64,000 bases of DNA. Origin: Thermodesulfovibrionales bacterium. GTDB lineage: Bacteria; Nitrospirota; Thermodesulfovibrionia; Thermodesulfovibrionales; Dissulfurispiraceae. Shown here in pieces: positions 60,040 through 64,000 of the stretch. Made by a program: the position numbers and the translations under genes. How positions within the stretch are numbered: position 1 is the stretch's first letter; each line of letters starts with the position of its first letter. The stretch spans positions 15,672 through 79,671 of the forward strand of contig JAGUWD010000029.1 in the NCBI GenBank assembly GCA_020062545.1. Direction: 5' to 3'. Below the pieces are notes generated by a model that did not search any database, had not been told where the DNA came from, and saw only the letters and a program-made list of their open reading frames with translations.

Positions 60040-61505
60040 AAAAGGTAATGCTTATAACACCGCCTTACCACTCAGGTGTAGTCGAATCGGCAGGTACATG
60101 GCTGAATCTCGGCTTTGTTTATATTGCAGGAAGCCTGAGAAATGCAGGCTATGATGTGGAGATATACGATGCAATGTCCTATTTCCATGATTATGCGGAG
60201 ATTACAAAGAGGATAGAGGCATCCAAGCCCGATGTGGTCGCAACGACGGCAATTACAGCAACCATTAACGACTGCATAGAAATATGCAAGCTGTCAAAAA
60301 GGATCAATCCAGAGGTTATTACCATTCTTGGAAATGTCCATCCCACATTTATGTGGGAGGAGATACTGAAGGATCACCATCATTATGTTGATTATATTGT
60401 AAGGGGCGAGGGTGAGATAACGCTCCCTGAGCTCCTGAACTGCCATTTTTTAAAAGGTGATTTATCAAAGGTAAAGGGTATTGTATTGTGGTCTGACGGC
60501 AGGGCAATTGCCACACCTGCAAGAGAATACATCACAGACCTTGATTCCATAGAAGGTGCATGGGACCTTGTTGATTGGGGTATCTACACGTATCGTCCTA
60601 CGCCTGATTCTGTGCTTGCAATAGTAAATTCCTCAAGGGGATGCAACCAATATTGTAGCTTCTGTTCGCAACAGCTTTTCTGGAGCCGCAAGTGGAGGGC
60701 GAAATCGCCTGAGAAATTCGTTTCAGAACTTGAGCATATCCATACGAAATACGGCGTCAACGCAGCAATGATTGCTGACGAGACACCAACTTATGACAGG
60801 CAGAGATGGGAAAGGATATTGGATTTACTCATCGAAAGGTCTATGGACATAGAACTGTTCATGGAAACGAGGGTAAAGGACATTATAAGGGACAAGGATA
60901 TTCTGTGGAGATACAGGGAAGCTGGGATAGTCCATATCTATGTTGGTGTTGAATCCACGAGCCGGGAGACCCTGAAAAAGTTCGAAAAGGATGTAAGCAT
61001 TGAAGAATCGAAACTCGCAATTGAACTAATAAACGAACACAATATAATCTCAGAGACATCCTTTGTTCTTGGAATGCCTGACGAGACAAAGGAATCCATC
61101 AGTACGACCCTCGATCTTGCAAAACACTATAATCCAGATATGGCTTTTTTCCTCGCAATAGCACCGTGGCCGTATGCGAATATATATAAAGAGCTTGAGC
61201 CTTATGTAGCCACGAAAGATTACAGCAAATATAACCTCATAGAGCCTGTTGTAAAACCTGCAAATATGACGATAGATGAGTTGAGGGACGAGCTTAACAG
61301 TACCACGAGACTTTTCTATATGGATAAGTTTTCGAAGCTTAAGAGCATGTCATCCTTTAAGAGGGACTATATGATAGCTGTAATGAAGCTCCTTATGGAG
61401 CATTCGTATCTCGGTTCCCAGATTAAGTCCATACATGACTCCATGCCAGAGGAGATGAAAAGGTTTATCAGAGACTTTGCAGAGCATTTCTCGCCCATTC
61501 CTTAA
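60036..61505 (+). CDS. B12-binding-domain radical SAM enzyme (class B)
   Basis: N-terminal Rossmann-like B12 domain (VMLITPPY..); CNQYCSFC = CX3CX2C cluster motif. Confidence 0.85.
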   Translation: MKKVMLITPPYHSGVVESAGTWLNLGFVYIAGSLRNAGYDVEIYDAMSYFHDYAEITKRIEASKPDVVATTAITATINDCIEICKLSKRINPEVITILGNVHPTFMWEEILKDHHHYVDYIVRGEGEITLPELLNCHFLKGDLSKVKGIVLWSDGRAIATPAREYITDLDSIEGAWDLVDWGIYTYRPTPDSVLAIVNSSRGCNQYCSFCSQQLFWSRKWRAKSPEKFVSELEHIHTKYGVNAAMIADETPTYDRQRWERILDLLIERSMDIELFMETRVKDIIRDKDILWRYREAGIVHIYVGVESTSRETLKKFEKDVSIEESKLAIELINEHNIISETSFVLGMPDETKESISTTLDLAKHYNPDMAFFLAIAPWPYANIYKELEPYVATKDYSKYNLIEPVVKPANMTIDELRDELNSTTRLFYMDKFSKLKSMSSFKRDYMIAVMKLLMEHSYLGSQIKSIHDSMPEEMKRFIRDFAEHFSPIP

Positions 61506-61618
61506 GTAATTTTGTGTAAAATCCCACTATAAAGATAGGTAAAGGTAAAGCAAAATAAAGATACCTGGTTCCCTGTTTTTACAGCTTTTTCTTTACTTTT
61601 TCCTTTGTCTGTCTGTTC

Positions 61619-61634
61619 TGGAACGACTCTTGCT
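61619..61634 (+). promoter_or_regulatory. sigma-54 (-24/-12) promoter
   Basis: TGGAAC-gactc-TTGCT; about 78 nt before ATG 61712. Confidence 0.6.
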
Positions 61635-61654
61635 ATAGGAATACGGCTATAAGA

Positions 61655-61683
61655 ACAGCTTCTTTGAAGCTGTATCTTTTTTT
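61655..61683 (+). terminator. terminator-like hairpin inside the 5' leader (possible attenuator)
   Basis: acagcttc ttt gaagctgt perfect 8-bp stem, then atcttttttt. Confidence 0.4.
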
Positions 61684-61711
61684 ATAATTTATTTTTTTTG
61701 TATCATTATCC

Positions 61712-62386
61712 ATGAAGCATAGCTCTAAGATAACTTCTTTACTTGTATGGGTGGTAAGCCTGTTTCTATCCTATGTAGTGGCTTATGCCGCAGGCGTTTC
61801 TGGCACAAAGCACGACCTCACCACACCAACGACAACAGACCCCTGCATATTCTGCCATACATGGCGTAACCCGGCCCCAGGCATTAGTCCGGCATGGAAC
61901 AGGAATATCTCAAACCTCAGTGCTTTTGTAATGTACTCGAGTCCTACAATGAAGACCTCTACAGGTATACAGCCCGGTTCATATTCCCTTGCCTGTCTGA
62001 CCTGCCATGATGATGCAGGAGCATCGAGCGCTGTTAATTACACAGATACTCACACGTTGAGGACAGACGTGAACTCAAGTTCCCCTTCGGTATCTAATTG
62101 CAATAAGTGTCATACAGGAGGAGGCGGGACATCAGGTCTCAATCCACATTTTACAATAGGCCCTGATTTAAGGGATGACCATCCAGTCTCTATGCCTTAT
62201 CCCACCAGCCTGCCTGAGTTTTTTAACCTCCCTCCTGACTTCTCTGCTGGATGGACAGATGTGAAACTGTATAGCGGCAAGGTCGAATGCGGCTCATGCC
62301 ATGACCCTCATGATGCAACCAGGGGAATGTTCCTGAGAAAATCAAATACAGGGAGTACGTTGTGCACAACCTGCCATAGAAAATGA
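61712..62386 (+). CDS. secreted pentahaem cytochrome c (small-cytochrome family member 2)
   Basis: CIFCH CLTCH CNKCH CGSCH CTTCH; signal peptide ..VAYAAG. Confidence 0.88.
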   Translation: MKHSSKITSLLVWVVSLFLSYVVAYAAGVSGTKHDLTTPTTTDPCIFCHTWRNPAPGISPAWNRNISNLSAFVMYSSPTMKTSTGIQPGSYSLACLTCHDDAGASSAVNYTDTHTLRTDVNSSSPSVSNCNKCHTGGGGTSGLNPHFTIGPDLRDDHPVSMPYPTSLPEFFNLPPDFSAGWTDVKLYSGKVECGSCHDPHDATRGMFLRKSNTGSTLCTTCHRK

Positions 62387-62433
62387 TTTCTGCTAAATTT
62401 CCCCCACCGTGTGAGTAAAATCCCGCAGTAAAA

Positions 62434-62525
62434 ATAGGTAAAGGTAAAGGTAAAGGTAAAGAAAAGTAATATTTTTGCCTAATTTTGCTTGTTTTTACTC
62501 TACCTCTACCTTTTCCTTCACCTGT
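62434..62525. repeat. GGTAAA/TTTACC hexamer palindrome
   Basis: ataggtaaaggtaaaggtaaaggtaaag ... tttttactctacctctaccttttccttcacctg. Confidence 0.8.
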
Positions 62526-62532
62526 AGTTAAT

Positions 62533-62548
62533 GGGAATGATTTTTGCT
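62533..62548 (+). promoter_or_regulatory. sigma-54-like (-24/-12) promoter
   Basis: gGGAAT-gattt-TTGCT with correct GG-N10-GC spacing; about 36 nt before ATG 62584. Confidence 0.5.
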
Positions 62549-62583
62549 TATTCCAATAATCAGGATTGTGGAGGAGAGATGCA

Positions 62584-63279
62584 ATGGTGGTCAAAGGGAA
62601 AACAGTAATTTTATTTTCCATATTCTTACTTTTGCTCACAATAGCGATGGCTGCATATGGCGCAACCGTTGTCGGCTCTAAACATGATCTCAGCACTACA
62701 ACAACGCCTGAGCCATGTGCATTCTGCCACACGCCTCATTTTGCAAACGCTGCCAGCACCGCTGCTCCGCTATGGAACAGGAATATTACGAATATAAATG
62801 CCTTTACGATGTACACAAGCCCTACGATGAATACCTCTGTCCCTTCGCATCCGAACCCTATTTCCATATCATGTTTAACCTGTCATGATGATGCAGGTGC
62901 ATCCAGTGCGGTGAACAGCACAGATATGCACGATCTCAGAAATGGCCCCGGATCGGGATCGGTTCCTGATACTACATCATATCCTAACTGTAATAAATGC
63001 CATACATGGGGTGGTGGTGGAGGAGGAACATCCATATATTTCCCGATAGGTCCTAATTTGAGCGATGACCATCCGATCTCCATGACATATCCAACTGCAG
63101 CCCAGGATGCGGCTTTTAATATACCGCCTGACCTTCAGAATGGATGGAGTGATGTGAAGTTATTCAGTGGTAAAGTAGAATGCGCATCCTGCCACGACCC
63201 ACATGACCCTACGAGGGGGTCTTTTCTCAGAAAATCAAATTCAGGAAGTGCTTTGTGTTTAACATGTCATATAAAATGA
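62584..63279 (+). CDS. secreted pentahaem cytochrome c (small-cytochrome family member 3)
   Basis: CAFCH CLTCH CNKCH CASCH CLTCH; signal peptide ..AMAAYG; RBS ggaggag before ATG 62584. Confidence 0.88.
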   Translation: MVVKGKTVILFSIFLLLLTIAMAAYGATVVGSKHDLSTTTTPEPCAFCHTPHFANAASTAAPLWNRNITNINAFTMYTSPTMNTSVPSHPNPISISCLTCHDDAGASSAVNSTDMHDLRNGPGSGSVPDTTSYPNCNKCHTWGGGGGGTSIYFPIGPNLSDDHPISMTYPTAAQDAAFNIPPDLQNGWSDVKLFSGKVECASCHDPHDPTRGSFLRKSNSGSALCLTCHIK

Positions 63280-63287
63280 GGAAGGAC

Positions 63288-63656
63288 ATGAAAATATTGG
63301 TCGTAGACGATGAAGAGCTCATATGCTGGTCTCTGAAAAGGACCTTCGAAAAGCATGCTGGCCATTCGGTTTGCTGTGTCTATACAGGGAACGAAGCCAT
63401 TCAAAAGATCATGGAAAACCAGTACGATGTTGTAATTACCGATCTCAAGCTCCCTGATGTAAGCGGACATGAGCTTGTGAGAAAGATCAAGGAACTGGGC
63501 ATAGATACGCCTGTGATTGTCATTTCTTCTTATCTCTCCGAAGATATGTTAAATGATGTGATGAAACAGGGCGTTGTAAGGTGCATAAACAAACCATTCC
63601 AGATAGAGGACATCCTCAACGATGTGGAGCATATAACAGCTGCACTTAAGAGTTGA
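63288..63656 (+). CDS. single-domain response regulator (CheY-like receiver)
   Basis: MKILVVDDEE...DVVITDLKLPD...INKPF; an alternative ATG at 63276 overlaps the cytochrome stop. Confidence 0.85.
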   Translation: MKILVVDDEELICWSLKRTFEKHAGHSVCCVYTGNEAIQKIMENQYDVVITDLKLPDVSGHELVRKIKELGIDTPVIVISSYLSEDMLNDVMKQGVVRCINKPFQIEDILNDVEHITAALKS

Positions 63657-63716
63657 CCTAAATCCGTAAAGAAACATTCATACTGATTATGGACTTGATA
63701 GACTACTGGCATTACC

Positions 63717-64000
63717 TTACGAAACAATTGTGCCGTCTTTTATCTGTATGATCCTTTTTGTATAGGCGGCTATATTCTGGTCATGGGTTACTATTACTAC
63801 TGTTTTCCCGAGCTTATTCATCTCTGTGAGCAGGTTCATTATTTCTGCAGCGGTTTTACTGTCAAGCTGTCCCGTAGGCTCATCGCATAAAAGGAGTTCC
63901 GGGTTATTCACCAATGCCCTTGCAATGGCAACGCGCTGTTGCTGTCCTCCCGAGAGCTGATTCGGCCTGAATTTCGCCCTTTCTTCCAGCCTGACAAGCC
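63717..64000 (-). CDS. ABC transporter ATP-binding protein (LolD/MacB/FtsE-like), N-terminal part beyond the window
   Basis: Reverse frame reads ..[32 protein letters not shown].. (signature plus Walker B) and stays open to nt 64000. Confidence 0.85.
   Translation of the reverse strand, partial: LVRLEERAKFRPNQLSGGQQQRVAIARALVNNPELLLCDEPTGQLDSKTAAEIMNLLTEMNKLGKTVVIVTHDQNIAAYTKRIIQIKDGTIVS

Noticed and set aside
62223-62732. 169-aa minus-strand ORF spanning the gap between the two pentahaem genes
   Set aside because: It is made of the reverse translation of the hexamer repeat (..LPLPLPLP.., GKGRGRV) plus antisense of two cytochrome genes, and it crosses a sigma-54 promoter. I regard it as an artefact of the repeat.
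44248-63279. Interpreting the cytochromes as nitrite, hydroxylamine or sulfite reductases (NrfA, Hao or MccA type)
   Set aside because: I saw no CXXCK site, no Hao-type Tyr cross-link context and no CX15CH. The sizes and motif order do not fit those enzymes, though a profile search is still needed.

Overview
This is 64 kb of gene-dense bacterial sequence, moderately AT-rich by eye. I recognised no rRNA, tRNA, CRISPR array, transposase or integrase. All calls come from reading the ORF track and the DNA by eye; no searches were run, and coordinates of non-ORF features are good to about +/-2 nt. Lineage cannot be assigned here. Sigma-54 control, System II cytochrome c maturation, cytochrome bd and the very high multihaem content suggest an anaerobic or microaerophilic metal- or electrode-respiring organism; Nitrospirota/Desulfobacterota-like is only a guess.

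Layout:
- nt 1-29,500 is mostly housekeeping: ubiB-like, Rrf2-cydAB plus a second bd-like module with a fused cytochrome c, acyl-CoA dehydrogenase, pmbA/tldD, queD, hpt, and addB and addA separated by a 2.6 kb four-gene insert. It continues with SPFH, DedA/TVP38, an HK-like protein, fabH-plsX-rpmF-yceD, D-aminoacylase, a class-I amidotransferase-like hydrolase, an AI-2E permease and an eRF1-like protein.
- nt 29,500-32,000 holds small same-strand cassette-like ORFs, including a MazF-type toxin-antitoxin pair bracketed by 85-bp hairpin repeats.
- nt 32,000-35,900 holds a peptide-type ABC importer (binding protein plus two permeases, no ATPase) and a dksA-like gene.
- nt 35,960-63,660 is the outstanding feature, a roughly 28 kb island.

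The island contains eight multihaem cytochrome c genes (53 canonical CXXCH sites counted by eye) and three NHL beta-propeller lipoproteins. It also has a SurA-like PPIase, a 579-aa porin-like beta-barrel and two tandem thioredoxin-fold/TPR paralogues that lack both active-site cysteines. Regulation and maturation parts are a sensor kinase with a periplasmic CXXCH site, an NtrC-type activator, four near-consensus sigma-54 promoters, ResB/CcsA, a LuxE-like enzyme and a B12-radical SAM enzyme. A vapBC pair and a hairpin-ended GIY-YIG cassette interrupt it. I regard it as a candidate uncharacterised extracellular electron-transfer or cytochrome-assembly system.

An unusual repeat system is superimposed on the whole window:
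- Palindromes whose arms are tandem 7-mers or 6-mers.
- The same 7-mers expanded in frame inside genes.
- GGTAAA/TTTACC palindromes that encode the signal peptides of several island proteins.
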